IMG/VR virus record: IMGVR_UViG_3300035141_000033
Coordinates: 2,401-66,400 of that record
Strand: one strand, 5' to 3'
From: a virus
Taxonomy: Duplodnaviria > Caudoviricetes
DNA length: 64,000 nt
Shown: in pieces, positions 1 to 9,049 of the stretch
How the letters are laid out: every line of letters begins with the position of its first letter
Position numbering within the stretch: the stretch's first letter is position 1
The notes under the pieces: generated by a model
The model's input: only the letters and a program-made list of their open reading frames with translations
Databases searched by the model: none
Told to the model about the DNA's origin: nothing
Made by a program: the position numbers and the translations under genes

Positions 1-21
1 AGAATCTATAATATAAATCAT
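1..21 (-). CDS. 5' end of a CDS running off the left edge (MIYIIDS...)
   Basis: ATG at 21 preceded by AAGGAG on the minus strand, directly downstream of the QueD-like gene; only 7 codons visible. Confidence 0.4.
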
Positions 22-24
22 TAT

Positions 25-369
25 TTAAACTCCTTTCCTTATTAGGACAGCTCCGTTTTCGCCATCTTCTGAAATCTCACATTGAACACAATTCGCAAAT
101 TCAATACATAGCAACTCGCATAAATCTTCACAACTTTTTCTTCCAAATTGTTGATTAAATGTGTCTAAAAAAGCGAGTATTTCATTCTTCAAAGAAATAA
201 ATTCTATATCCCGATTGGTATGTCCGACTGGAAATAACATTTTTCCTCGAAAAACATGTCGATGTTTTTCTCGTAGATAAGAAGATTCTCCTGAAGCTTC
301 AGGCCAATTATGAAACCCTATAAAATCAAAAGTAATATAAATATATTTTTTTTCTATAAAGACACCCAT
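25..369 (-). CDS. QueD-like / 6-pyruvoyltetrahydropterin synthase-like (T-fold) protein
   Basis: Motifs HNWPEA, HRHVF, RDIEF, SCE and EDGENGA resemble a QueD-like family seen in phage 7-deazaguanine clusters; lies near folE/queE/queD. Confidence 0.6.
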   Translation of the reverse strand: MGVFIEKKYIYITFDFIGFHNWPEASGESSYLREKHRHVFRGKMLFPVGHTNRDIEFISLKNEILAFLDTFNQQFGRKSCEDLCELLCIEFANCVQCEISEDGENGAVLIRKGV

Positions 370-370
370 A

Positions 371-604
371 TTATTCCGTATAATCTATTAATTTTTTTAA
401 AGAAGAAACACCTTCTTTTTTTGCTTTTTCTATATCTACATGAATTTGTTTATACCAATCTGAATGAATATAACATTCGTAAGCTCTTATTATTTTATCC
501 AAATCTTCTTTATTTCCTTTTTTAAAATTTTTTGCAATTTTTAAAGCTTTTAAAATTTCACCATTTTTTAAAAAATTTTTTACTTGAATTGTTTTAGAAA
601 TCAT
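371..604 (-). CDS. hypothetical protein driven by its own class A promoter cassette
   Basis: 77-aa ORF with AAGGAG RBS inside the repeated cassette. Confidence 0.7.
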   Translation of the reverse strand: MISKTIQVKNFLKNGEILKALKIAKNFKKGNKEDLDKIIRAYECYIHSDWYKQIHVDIEKAKKEGVSSLKKLIDYTE

Positions 605-698
605 TTTGTTACTCCTTTATTATTTATTATTCATTAACCAAGTTAAATATAATAATAAAGGAATAAAAAGTCAAGTTTTTTTTTAAAAAAAATACTGA
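601..698 (-). promoter_or_regulatory. class A promoter/RBS cassette (TTGACT-17-TATATT, AAGGAG), identical to 54096-54193
   Basis: 98-bp identity with 54096-54193 by direct comparison; sigma70-like -35/-10 spacing. Confidence 0.85.
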
Positions 699-699
699 A

Positions 700-1638
700 T
701 TATTTAATTAAATTTAAAAATTCTTGTCTAGCACCCAAATCTTCTTTAAACACTCCACGAATTGCAGAACTAATCATCATCGATTTTTGCTTTTCTACAC
801 CTCTAGCAGTCATGCATAAATGTTGTGCTTCTGCAATAACCATAACACCTAATGGTCTTAAATGCTCTAACAAACTATCTGCAATTTGTGCCACTAATCT
901 TTCTTGAATTTGTAATCTTCTAGCAAATATTTCAACCAATCGTGCTAATTTAGAAACACCTACTACTTTTTGATTTGGAAGATACCCAATTGCTATTTTT
1001 CCAAAAAAAGGTAAAAAATGATGCTCGCAGGTAGAATAAAATTCTATATCTTTAAGAATAACCATTTCATCACAAGCACCTTCAGTAAATGTTTTTAAAA
1101 TAGCTTCAGGTGATTCATTATAACCGCCATATAATTTTTCCCAACTTCTAATAATTCTTATTGGTGTTTCTGCTAGTCCTTCTCTTGTAGGATTTTCTCC
1201 AATATATTCTAACATTCTAATAAGAGAATCTTCTATATCATTTTCTTTTTCCCACGGAAATTGAATCCAAATTCCTTTTTTAGGTCTTGCTAAATAATAA
1301 GTAACCTTATCTATATGATTATTCTTCACAAAAAGAACAGCTTTATCATAACCAACATATTTTTCCAATGTTCTACCAGAATCAACTAAATCATCTACAA
1401 TTAACACATCTTCCTTTCCATATGTTTCTATTTCTGCAAAATCACATTCTATAGGTATTCCTGAAAATTCAGATAATCTTTGAGCAACAAATAACCCGTT
1501 TTTTGGAATAGGATATATAACTTGATACTTTTTTCCACTTTGTTTTATTTCAGAAAGTAAATAACCACAATAATCATAAAATAAATGCCAACTTATTTTA
1601 TGTCTATTAATTTCTGGATTTGTATACTTAATCTCCAT
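700..1638 (-). CDS. folE: phosphoribosyltransferase-GTP cyclohydrolase I fusion
   Basis: N-terminal PRTase motif VLIVDDLVDSGRT and WIQFPWE; C-terminal FolE motifs REGLAETP, CEHH, GVSKLARL, QIQERL and HLCM. Confidence 0.92.
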   Translation of the reverse strand: MEIKYTNPEINRHKISWHLFYDYCGYLLSEIKQSGKKYQVIYPIPKNGLFVAQRLSEFSGIPIECDFAEIETYGKEDVLIVDDLVDSGRTLEKYVGYDKAVLFVKNNHIDKVTYYLARPKKGIWIQFPWEKENDIEDSLIRMLEYIGENPTREGLAETPIRIIRSWEKLYGGYNESPEAILKTFTEGACDEMVILKDIEFYSTCEHHFLPFFGKIAIGYLPNQKVVGVSKLARLVEIFARRLQIQERLVAQIADSLLEHLRPLGVMVIAEAQHLCMTARGVEKQKSMMISSAIRGVFKEDLGARQEFLNLIK

Positions 1639-2183
1639 TCAGGATTCTCCTTCACTTTTTGTATTGTTTCTTTTATATTCTTCATAGAACAAGGTTGAAG
1701 GTAAAATAAATTAGTTTTACTTTTAAATCTTCTTCTAAGTTCTCCTAAAAAAGAATCAGTTTTATCACCTTCATAAACAACCTTTACTTCATTTACTCGA
1801 TTTATCTTAATTTCAGAATCTATTTTAGGTGAAACCGTAATCCAATTAAAATAATAATCAATCTCGGATATATCAATAGTACCATTTGTTTCTAAATATA
1901 TTTGAAATAAAGAACCTTTTAATACTTCTAATAATGCTTCATCTATTTGAAGACAAGGTTCTCCTCCTGTTAAAATAATAAATGAAGTTTCATATTTATA
2001 ACATTCTTGTTGTATTTCTTCTTTTGTCATTTCTGTATAGGTTAGAAACTCAGTATCACAGAAGGAGCACTCCAAATTGCAGTTAGCAAATCTTATAAAA
2101 ATAGCAGGTAATCCAACATTAGCACCCTCTCCTTGAATGGAATAAAATATCTCATTTATTTTATACTTCATAAATAGCCTCAT
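1593..2183 (-). CDS. queE: 7-carboxy-7-deazaguanine synthase (radical SAM)
   Basis: EIFYSIQGEG, CNLECSFCDT (CX3CX2C), TGGEP, ETNG; likely start at 2171. Confidence 0.93.
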   Translation of the reverse strand: MRLFMKYKINEIFYSIQGEGANVGLPAIFIRFANCNLECSFCDTEFLTYTEMTKEEIQQECYKYETSFIILTGGEPCLQIDEALLEVLKGSLFQIYLETNGTIDISEIDYYFNWITVSPKIDSEIKINRVNEVKVVYEGDKTDSFLGELRRRFKSKTNLFYLQPCSMKNIKETIQKVKENPEWRLSIQIQKLIDIK

Positions 2184-2490
2184 TATTAAATGATTCTACA
2201 ACTTTTGCCTTGTAACAAAAAGGAACAGTATCAACAATCCACTTTGCTATATTTTCAGCAGTTGGATTAAATTCAAATACTTCATTTAAATCTTTATGAT
2301 CCATCTTTCCATGAACGTGCTCTTTGATTATCTTAAAATCAATAACCATACCATTATTATTTAATTCTTCACTTTTGCAATATATGGTAATATGCCAATT
2401 ATGCCCATGAGTTCTAGAACAAGGACTATCGTAATCTAACCATAAATGATGACTTGCTGATACTTCTAATGTCTTTTTTATTTTAAACAT
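2161..2490 (-). CDS. queD: 6-carboxy-5,6,7,8-tetrahydropterin synthase
   Basis: SASHHL, CSRTHGHN, MVIDF, DHKDLN and PTAENIA motifs. Confidence 0.93.
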   Translation of the reverse strand: MFKIKKTLEVSASHHLWLDYDSPCSRTHGHNWHITIYCKSEELNNNGMVIDFKIIKEHVHGKMDHKDLNEVFEFNPTAENIAKWIVDTVPFCYKAKVVESFNNEAIYEV

Positions 2491-2547
2491 TTTTTACTCC
2501 TATACTTATATTATATATGGTTTTAAGAAAAAGTGTTACTTTTTTTT
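2491..2547 (-). promoter_or_regulatory. class B promoter cassette (GTAACAC-N-TATAAT) for the queD-queE-folE genes
   Basis: Reverse complement AAAAAAAGTAACACTTTTTCTTAAAACCATATATAATATAAGTATAGGAGT nearly identical to 9147-9195 and 11484-11533. Confidence 0.75.
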
Positions 2548-3922
2548 AATCATACCCAATAACTTCTGATTTTTTTCTAGAATCTAAGTAAATTCTACCT
2601 ATCTCCCTATTTTCCAATACTATAATTTGCTCTCTAGATAATTTTCCATCTCTATTCAATAAAGGTTTAATCCTCATTATTCCTTTTTGAGCTTCCTCGT
2701 CATTTTGATTCAATGAAATCATTTTTGTAACATGAGCTAACTTTCTAACATCTTCTGCAACATCATCACCCTCAGCGTCTTTTTTTAAACCTTTCCGGGT
2801 GGTTTGACTGCCAGTAACCACTAAGCAATTTCTATCTTGAGCCCATCCTCTCAAAGGTGCCCATATGGAATTTAATTGATGTCTATAATCACCTCGACTT
2901 TCAGGCAGCAATATATCAGCATAATCTATAACTATAACATCAGGAATAAATCTATCATAATATTCTAAATTATCTAAACAAACCTTAATGGTGGATAATG
3001 AGGTAGAATAAGAAGGAAATATCTCCATTTTCATTTCACCAGTTCTTAATTCTTTTCTATACCTTTTTTGCTCTTTTTCTATATTATTTAAATTAACACC
3101 TTTCTTTTTTATTTTTCTATGATGAATCTCCCATAAACCTTCATCAGTTTCTATAAATTCAGGTAAGGTGATTGTAGTAGCTTTAATAGGTTCGCCTACA
3201 AAACTCTGCCAAGCTCTTCTAACCATTTGATGTCTTGTCATTTCCAAAGAAAAATGAATAACTTTGTAACCCATCAAAGCAGCACGCCTTCCAGTATACC
3301 ACATCCAATAAGATTTGCCTCTTTTCATTGCTCCTAATATAGCAAAAAAATCTCCTCTACAAAAAGAACCTAAAGCTCCACCTAAAGCTCCAGGAAAAGA
3401 AAATAGAAATTCCTCTTGATTTTCATATGCATCTCTAATTTCCGCCGTATCTTTAAATAAATCTACACCAGTACCATGCGGTTTTTCAACTCTGGTATAA
3501 TCAGCAATGATTTTTTCACCTATTTCTGAATTTTTATCTATAATAGCATTGGTTAATTTATCTCTAATTTGTTCCAACGACCTCAATTTAAAATAATGAA
3601 TAGCGTTTTTAACTGCATAAGTGATGTTATTCAATTCATATTCATTACTTAAATTTTTCAAAAAATTAGCAACAAGTTCTAAATCCTCTTCATCTGCTAT
3701 TTGAGTGCGATAACGTAAATATAAATCTTGTATATCTTTTCTAGGAGCTTGTTCTGTTTTATCCCAATACTCCCAAACCCAACCTGCTACAATTTTTGCG
3801 TAAGATGTTTGAAAAAATCCCGGAATAGCTATACCTTTTAATTGTCTAAGAAAAGATGTATTTGTAATCATATTAATTAGAATTTGTTTTTCTTCATTTA
3901 AATCAATTTTAGTTCTTTTCAT
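2546..3922 (-). CDS. DnaB-like replicative helicase
   Basis: Walker A GAMKRGKS, FSLEM, Walker B VIVIDYAD, VTGSQTTR. Confidence 0.85.
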   Translation of the reverse strand: MKRTKIDLNEEKQILINMITNTSFLRQLKGIAIPGFFQTSYAKIVAGWVWEYWDKTEQAPRKDIQDLYLRYRTQIADEEDLELVANFLKNLSNEYELNNITYAVKNAIHYFKLRSLEQIRDKLTNAIIDKNSEIGEKIIADYTRVEKPHGTGVDLFKDTAEIRDAYENQEEFLFSFPGALGGALGSFCRGDFFAILGAMKRGKSYWMWYTGRRAALMGYKVIHFSLEMTRHQMVRRAWQSFVGEPIKATTITLPEFIETDEGLWEIHHRKIKKKGVNLNNIEKEQKRYRKELRTGEMKMEIFPSYSTSLSTIKVCLDNLEYYDRFIPDVIVIDYADILLPESRGDYRHQLNSIWAPLRGWAQDRNCLVVTGSQTTRKGLKKDAEGDDVAEDVRKLAHVTKMISLNQNDEEAQKGIMRIKPLLNRDGKLSREQIIVLENREIGRIYLDSRKKSEVIGYD

Positions 3923-4194
3923 TTATTTTGTAATAGCCTTGTTTTTATTTTTTTAATAATTTTTTTAAAAGAAAAATCATCCTGTAATTCTAAAAGTAAA
4001 CAATCTAATATAATAGAAAAATCAAAAGGTGTGGTGCTTTCTAGCTTTTTTAACTTTTTAAAAATTTTTCTTACTTTTCTTTTACCAAATTTATTACATA
4101 ATAAATAATATAAATTTAAATATTTAAATTGTAAACTTTTACCACTACATCTAGAACCATAAAAAATAATATTTTTATTCCAATTATTTTTCAA
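3919..4194 (-). CDS. hypothetical protein
   Basis: 91-aa ORF overlapping both neighbours by ATGA. Confidence 0.55.
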   Translation of the reverse strand: MKNNWNKNIIFYGSRCSGKSLQFKYLNLYYLLCNKFGKRKVRKIFKKLKKLESTTPFDFSIILDCLLLELQDDFSFKKIIKKIKTRLLQNK

Positions 4195-4538
4195 AACAAT
4201 TCCTTATTTAAAATCATAACACAACAAGAAGCACAACGATTACATAAATCAACAAAATTATAAAACTTATCAACCTTGCAATTTAATTCTTCATCTGTTA
4301 AATGAGACAAATCCGGCATCTCATAAGGGCTATTGTGATTGTAGCCACGTCGCAACATTTCTTTCACTAGTTCATCATGCCGTTTTTTCATGTTTGCAGG
4401 CTCAATTTGTTTTAATTCTATGCGCTTTTTTATACTGTGTTTTTTTTCAAAATTATGTCTATGCTTATGTATTTCATTGTGTTCACCTAACAAATGTTTT
4501 CTACACATCATTTCAGGATCGATCATCCACATTCTCAT
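4191..4538 (-). CDS. pyrimidine dimer DNA glycosylase (DenV / endonuclease V family)
   Basis: MRMWM..P..MCRKHLLGEH.E.H and RHDELVKEMLRRGYNH motifs. Confidence 0.8.
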   Translation of the reverse strand: MRMWMIDPEMMCRKHLLGEHNEIHKHRHNFEKKHSIKKRIELKQIEPANMKKRHDELVKEMLRRGYNHNSPYEMPDLSHLTDEELNCKVDKFYNFVDLCNRCASCCVMILNKELF

Positions 4539-4687
4539 TTATTTTTTTCTCCACTTAAAATCTCTTTGCTTTCAAAAGCATCCAATCTATAAAAATCACA
4601 CCTAGGACAAAGCAGGTTAAACTTTATACGCCAATATTCAATATTTGTAATGATATACCCACATTTAGGACAAAATTTAACTTTCAT
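4535..4687 (-). CDS. small zinc-ribbon protein (50 aa, not in ORF track)
   Basis: MKVKFCPKCG...CPRCDF; stop overlaps the next start (ATGA). Confidence 0.6.
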   Translation of the reverse strand: MKVKFCPKCGYIITNIEYWRIKFNLLCPRCDFYRLDAFESKEILSGEKNK

Positions 4688-4839
4688 CTTTCATCACCTC
4701 TCAATTGTTTATTTGAATAAAAATATTATTGCAAAAATTTATAGGATCAGACGCAAAAGTAAGCTTACCAATATGATACTTTTTACATTTTGAACAGAAA
4801 TAAGGTTTTGCGACATAACCAAATACCATATTCTTTTTT

Positions 4840-6435
4840 TCAAACCAAATCCCCATCATTTATTACCTTTATATTATTTATTTTCTTAGAAACTTTTTCT
4901 GCAATTTCTTCTTCTTTTGTTCCTGCACATAAAATTATTTTTTGAATAGCTTTGCTTTTAGCTCCATTTCTATGTATTCTTCCAAAAACCTGAATTAAAT
5001 CGATTGCTGAATATGTAGGTGAAATTAAACTAATTCTATTATATTTGCCATTCATATCATGTAAAGAAATACCTACACCACCTGCTTTTATATTACAGAT
5101 AATTACCCTCTCTTTATCTTCCTGAAATGCATTTATATTCCTTTCCCTATCTTCACCGATATACGCTCCATCTATAATACATTTAGTTTTTAAACGTTTA
5201 GACAAAGCATTAATTGTCTCCCTAAAATTCACAAAAATAACAACGGAAGAACCTTCTTCTATAGCATCTTTTGTAAGTTCTATAAAAGTAGGTACTTTCA
5301 ATAATTCAATTCTTTGCCTCATTCTTAATATTTCAACTAATTCTGATTCTTTATCATGCTCTTCTTTTTCTTTTAATCGCTCTAACTCCACATACATTTC
5401 TTGTATTTCTTTTGTTCTATCACCCATATTGTATGTATCAGTGATAATTAAATTGTCTGGAAATTTATCACCTAAATCTTTTATAGCAATTCTACCACCT
5501 TTAGCAGGAAAAATTTCATTATGTATTTTTTGTAAATCAGAAGCTTCACCTGAAAATTGCATACCATAGAATCCTTTGCTAACTCCATGATCAAAAGCCC
5601 ATTTCCAATAACCATTTACTGATTTAAATAATTTTAAGATATGTCCGGTAGCATATAAATGTAATGGATTATCTGCAATAGTAGCAGACAAACCCATCTT
5701 TTTACAATTACTTTTCATAGAAGAAATCAGCATATTAGCATTAATCGTTTTATGATCTTTTGTTCTATGTATTTCATCAAAAATTAAAAGAGAATCTTCT
5801 GCAACATTCCAGGTAATCTCATGTTCATAAATAGGCTCACCTGTTTTTTTATCAATTTCAATAATAACTTTTTCTATATAAACATATGGAGTATTATTAA
5901 ACTTAAATTGTTCATAATTATTCACATAAATAGCTAAATCAAATAATTCAGCTATCTTTTTCCAACTTGAAATAACAGATAAAGGTGTTAGCACGATAGG
6001 TTTTAACTTTAAAAATTTTGCTATAGATAATGCCACAAAGGTTTTTCCTACTCCAGTATCGCTTGCATCAATTACTGCTCCAGTATGATTTAATCCATAT
6101 AATAATTGCTTCGCATGTTGTTTTTGATAATCATATAAAATATCACAATCAAAATTATACGTTTCAATTTCATTCTGAATCTTTTTTAATTTATTCCTAT
6201 CTTTTTCAATAATAAGTTTTTCCTGTTCTTCATCATTTTTTAAGTCAAAACCTAATTGTTGTAAAATCCTTCTAGTTTCATCATTAGCAGGAACGGTCCA
6301 TAATTTAGAACCAGATCTATAAACCCAACCTTTAATTTGTTTAATTTCATCTTTTATTTTAAACCAAGCGTCCTTATCTTGGGAAAACCATTTCAATCTA
6401 AAAACATTCCCTACTCTTTCACATTCGGTCTTCAT
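4840..6435 (-). CDS. SF2 (SNF2-like) helicase
   Basis: DTGVGKT, DEIH, LSAT, AGGVGISL and QVFGRIHR motifs. Confidence 0.9.
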   Translation of the reverse strand: MKTECERVGNVFRLKWFSQDKDAWFKIKDEIKQIKGWVYRSGSKLWTVPANDETRRILQQLGFDLKNDEEQEKLIIEKDRNKLKKIQNEIETYNFDCDILYDYQKQHAKQLLYGLNHTGAVIDASDTGVGKTFVALSIAKFLKLKPIVLTPLSVISSWKKIAELFDLAIYVNNYEQFKFNNTPYVYIEKVIIEIDKKTGEPIYEHEITWNVAEDSLLIFDEIHRTKDHKTINANMLISSMKSNCKKMGLSATIADNPLHLYATGHILKLFKSVNGYWKWAFDHGVSKGFYGMQFSGEASDLQKIHNEIFPAKGGRIAIKDLGDKFPDNLIITDTYNMGDRTKEIQEMYVELERLKEKEEHDKESELVEILRMRQRIELLKVPTFIELTKDAIEEGSSVVIFVNFRETINALSKRLKTKCIIDGAYIGEDRERNINAFQEDKERVIICNIKAGGVGISLHDMNGKYNRISLISPTYSAIDLIQVFGRIHRNGAKSKAIQKIILCAGTKEEEIAEKVSKKINNIKVINDGDLV

Positions 6436-6519
6436 TAAAACTCCTTTATATAATTTAGAATCAATTCTGGATTTTGATAAATATTCCTAATTATCTTTAT
6501 TGTACAATATTTCAATTCC

Positions 6520-8046
6520 TCATATTCTTAAATCTTCTATAGCATTCTGTCTCAATATCTCATAATCAGGTAAATCAATTCTATGTTCCTGAAACACCAT
6601 TGTCAATTCTTCTATTCTTTCATTTATTTTATTTTCATAATCCATTTCTCTCTTTTCTTTCAACCATTTCCTTTGTTTTTGTACATCTTTCTTATCCGGA
6701 TTTATATTTAATCCTCTTTCTTCTTCTGCCCATTCTGCAAAAATAGAATAAATGCGACCCGTATTATTCATAAAATTAGGTTTTGGATCAGGGAAAACAT
6801 CTTGTAAAAAATCACCTATTAGTTTTAAAAATTGTTCTGGTGTTCTCAAATAAGAACCATAATTATCATTCATTATTTTCCAAGCATCTATATTGTCTTC
6901 ATGCCATTCACACATTTTCCTAATGGTATTATTAAAAATAACCCAATTTTCATTATTCCATTTTTTTAGGGTACTATTATTATTATATATGATTTTTGGA
7001 AAAAGTGTTACTTTTATTTTATATTTTTTTTCTAAATATTCTTTTTGCTTATCTATTTTGTTTTTATCTGTAGCTGATTTTAATAATGTTGATTTATTAC
7101 ATAAACAATATAAGAACCAAGATTTCTTATTTATTTTATTATAAAAAAAATCAGCTACAGAAAGATTTTTTAAATATTTTTTATCAGCAGGCCAATATTC
7201 CTTATTTCCTTTCATTTTACCAAACCGAAATAAAGCTCTTTTTAACACCTTTTGTAAATCATCAATATTTTCGATTTCTTTAATTTTTTGGATAGCTTTC
7301 TTTATTTTATTTTTTTCAAACCATTCTTTATTAAAATCAGATCTGATAAAACGATGGGATTGTATTTGCTTAATATAATTTAGAACTCTATCCATAGTTT
7401 TGGTTTTTTTGTTTAATCTAGGTTTGAATAATCCTTTCAAAAGTAATTCTGGTAACCATTCTATTTCTTTATTATTACCATATGGAGATATTTCCAAATT
7501 AAAATTCTTTTGTGTTTCTTTAGAAACACTTATATTATTATTTATAATAATATCTTTTTTATTACTTAAAGCATTTATATTATTACTTAAAGCATTTATA
7601 CCTGTTTGAGCCATATCCGGTTCATTCCGTATACCGTTTAAACCGGGTACGGAATCGTCTTTATTCTGAGTAGATAAAGGGTCAGATGTAAGAATCTTGG
7701 TATATTTTTTAGTGAATTTACCTTTTTCTTTGCTTTGTTCACTAATTTCAATTAAATTAATTTCTTTTAATAATTTTTTAGCTTGTTTAATTCTTTCTTC
7801 CGTTAAAGATAATCCTTGAATTAAATAGGAATTATTTGCCCAAGGTTGGTTTGTATCTTGCATTATTCCAGTGAAAATCAAATGATTATATATCTGAAAA
7901 GCATCCCAGGCTATATTATATGTTCTTTTTTTATTTTCTTTTTTTTTGGAAAGATGTAAAAATAATAAATATTTATTAACGGTAATAGGGAAAGTTAAAC
8001 CTCCTTTTTCTAATTTTATTTTTGCTTGATCTTGTTTATTTATCAT
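6520..8046 (-). CDS. putative replication initiator / origin-binding protein
   Basis: N-terminal HTH-like segment (LSLTEERIKQAKKLLKEINLIEI..KGKF) followed by a low-complexity linker, typical of phage O-like initiators; position among replication genes. Confidence 0.5.
   Translation of the reverse strand: MINKQDQAKIKLEKGGLTFPITVNKYLLFLHLSKKKENKKRTYNIAWDAFQIYNHLIFTGIMQDTNQPWANNSYLIQGLSLTEERIKQAKKLLKEINLIEISEQSKEKGKFTKKYTKILTSDPLSTQNKDDSVPGLNGIRNEPDMAQTGINALSNNINALSNKKDIIINNNISVSKETQKNFNLEISPYGNNKEIEWLPELLLKGLFKPRLNKKTKTMDRVLNYIKQIQSHRFIRSDFNKEWFEKNKIKKAIQKIKEIENIDDLQKVLKRALFRFGKMKGNKEYWPADKKYLKNLSVADFFYNKINKKSWFLYCLCNKSTLLKSATDKNKIDKQKEYLEKKYKIKVTLFPKIIYNNNSTLKKWNNENWVIFNNTIRKMCEWHEDNIDAWKIMNDNYGSYLRTPEQFLKLIGDFLQDVFPDPKPNFMNNTGRIYSIFAEWAEEERGLNINPDKKDVQKQRKWLKEKREMDYENKINERIEELTMVFQEHRIDLPDYEILRQNAIEDLRI
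6982..7014 (-). promoter_or_regulatory. intragenic copy of the class B promoter core
   Basis: 33 bp identical to the reverse complement of 11487-11519. Confidence 0.6.
7560..7600. repeat. 21-bp-period tandem duplication (ATTACTTAAAGCATTTATA) inside the initiator-like gene
   Basis: Encodes INALSNN/INALSNK. Confidence 0.7.
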
Positions 8047-8068
8047 GTAAACCTCCCAGAATAATAAA

Positions 8069-8176
8069 AAAAACCTTTATCCCCATAGACACCCTCTAGA
8101 ATTACTTCTTTTAGGCCCACAAACATCTATGAAAATAAAGGTTTTTGCTTTTTTCAAAGCTCGTATATGTTTGTGG
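8069..8176 (-). ncRNA. candidate structured 5' leader with alternative helices
   Basis: Inverted repeats 8069-8090/8125-8146 (G-U pairs valid only on the minus strand) and 8117-8126/8167-8176. Confidence 0.5.
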
Positions 8177-8217
8177 CTTATACCAGACTTGAAAATTATT
8201 TTTTTTAATTATAAATT

Positions 8218-8256
8218 AAAAAGAGAGACTAGCATATGAGAACTAGCCTCTTTTTT
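8218..8256. terminator. intrinsic terminator-like hairpin, possibly bidirectional
   Basis: 8-bp stem 8225-8232/8243-8250 flanked by A- and T-tracts. Confidence 0.65.
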
Positions 8257-8335
8257 ATAAAGTTAATAAATAATAACGGAGTTTATCCATTAAAATAATA
8301 ATATAATAAGAAATTTTAAAATCGTAAAGTATTTT

Positions 8336-8569
8336 TTATAAATTTCTTATTTTTAATTCCTCTTGAAATTCTTCAAAAGGTATTCTATCTTTTTTTTCTG
8401 ATATCAAATTAAGATGTTTTCCTGTTGTTTTACCCCAAACATTTTCACTAATAAAGGTTTCATTTCTATCTATAAAACCAACAAGAGTTTCATAACTAAA
8501 ATATAATATTCTATCATCTATTGTTATTTCTATAAAATTATTTGCTAATTTTTTTAATTGTATACTCAT
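8336..8569 (-). CDS. hypothetical protein
   Basis: 77-aa ORF with AGGAG RBS. Confidence 0.75.
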   Translation of the reverse strand: MSIQLKKLANNFIEITIDDRILYFSYETLVGFIDRNETFISENVWGKTTGKHLNLISEKKDRIPFEEFQEELKIRNL

Positions 8570-8584
8570 TGTAAACTCCTTTTT

Positions 8585-9049
8585 TTATTCACAAAATTCT
8601 TTTCCTTTTTGTGCTCTTTTAAATTCTTTATAACCTATTTCAAAATCGTGTTTCCAATTGTCTTTACGATTTATAAAAAATTTTGCTGAAGTTTCTTTCT
8701 TTCTAGCTTCAATTCTACCTTTTAAATATTCAGCGTATCCTTTATCATTTTCATCCAATGCTTCGCCAATTAGTGTGTATAAAAAATCAATTTGTTTTTC
8801 TCTAAGAACTAAAGCCCACCTAATTTGTTTTTCTGTGCCTTCCAATTCTGGAAGTTTTTCTTTTTTAGCTTTTTCCAATGCTTTTTTTGCGGCATCATCT
8901 TTTTCTTTTTCTTGTTGTTTTTTAAAGCAGTCTGGACAAAGAAGGTTGTCTTCTGCCCATTCAACATAAGATTCTCTACTTGTTATTTTCCCATATAGTT
9001 GTTTACGAAAAGTGTGACCACAAGTTCCTGTTATACTATACCATGCCAT
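8585..9049 (-). CDS. hypothetical protein with N-terminal Cys motif
   Basis: CGH...CPDC and LPELEGTEKQIRWA; RBS GAGG. Confidence 0.75.
   Translation of the reverse strand: MAWYSITGTCGHTFRKQLYGKITSRESYVEWAEDNLLCPDCFKKQQEKEKDDAAKKALEKAKKEKLPELEGTEKQIRWALVLREKQIDFLYTLIGEALDENDKGYAEYLKGRIEARKKETSAKFFINRKDNWKHDFEIGYKEFKRAQKGKEFCE

Noticed and set aside
1-17. AGAATCTAT at the window start also occurs at 63983, and 17 bp match 55981
   Set aside because: The 9-bp match is not terminal and is too short; the 17-bp match reflects a shared IIDS coding motif in AT-rich DNA
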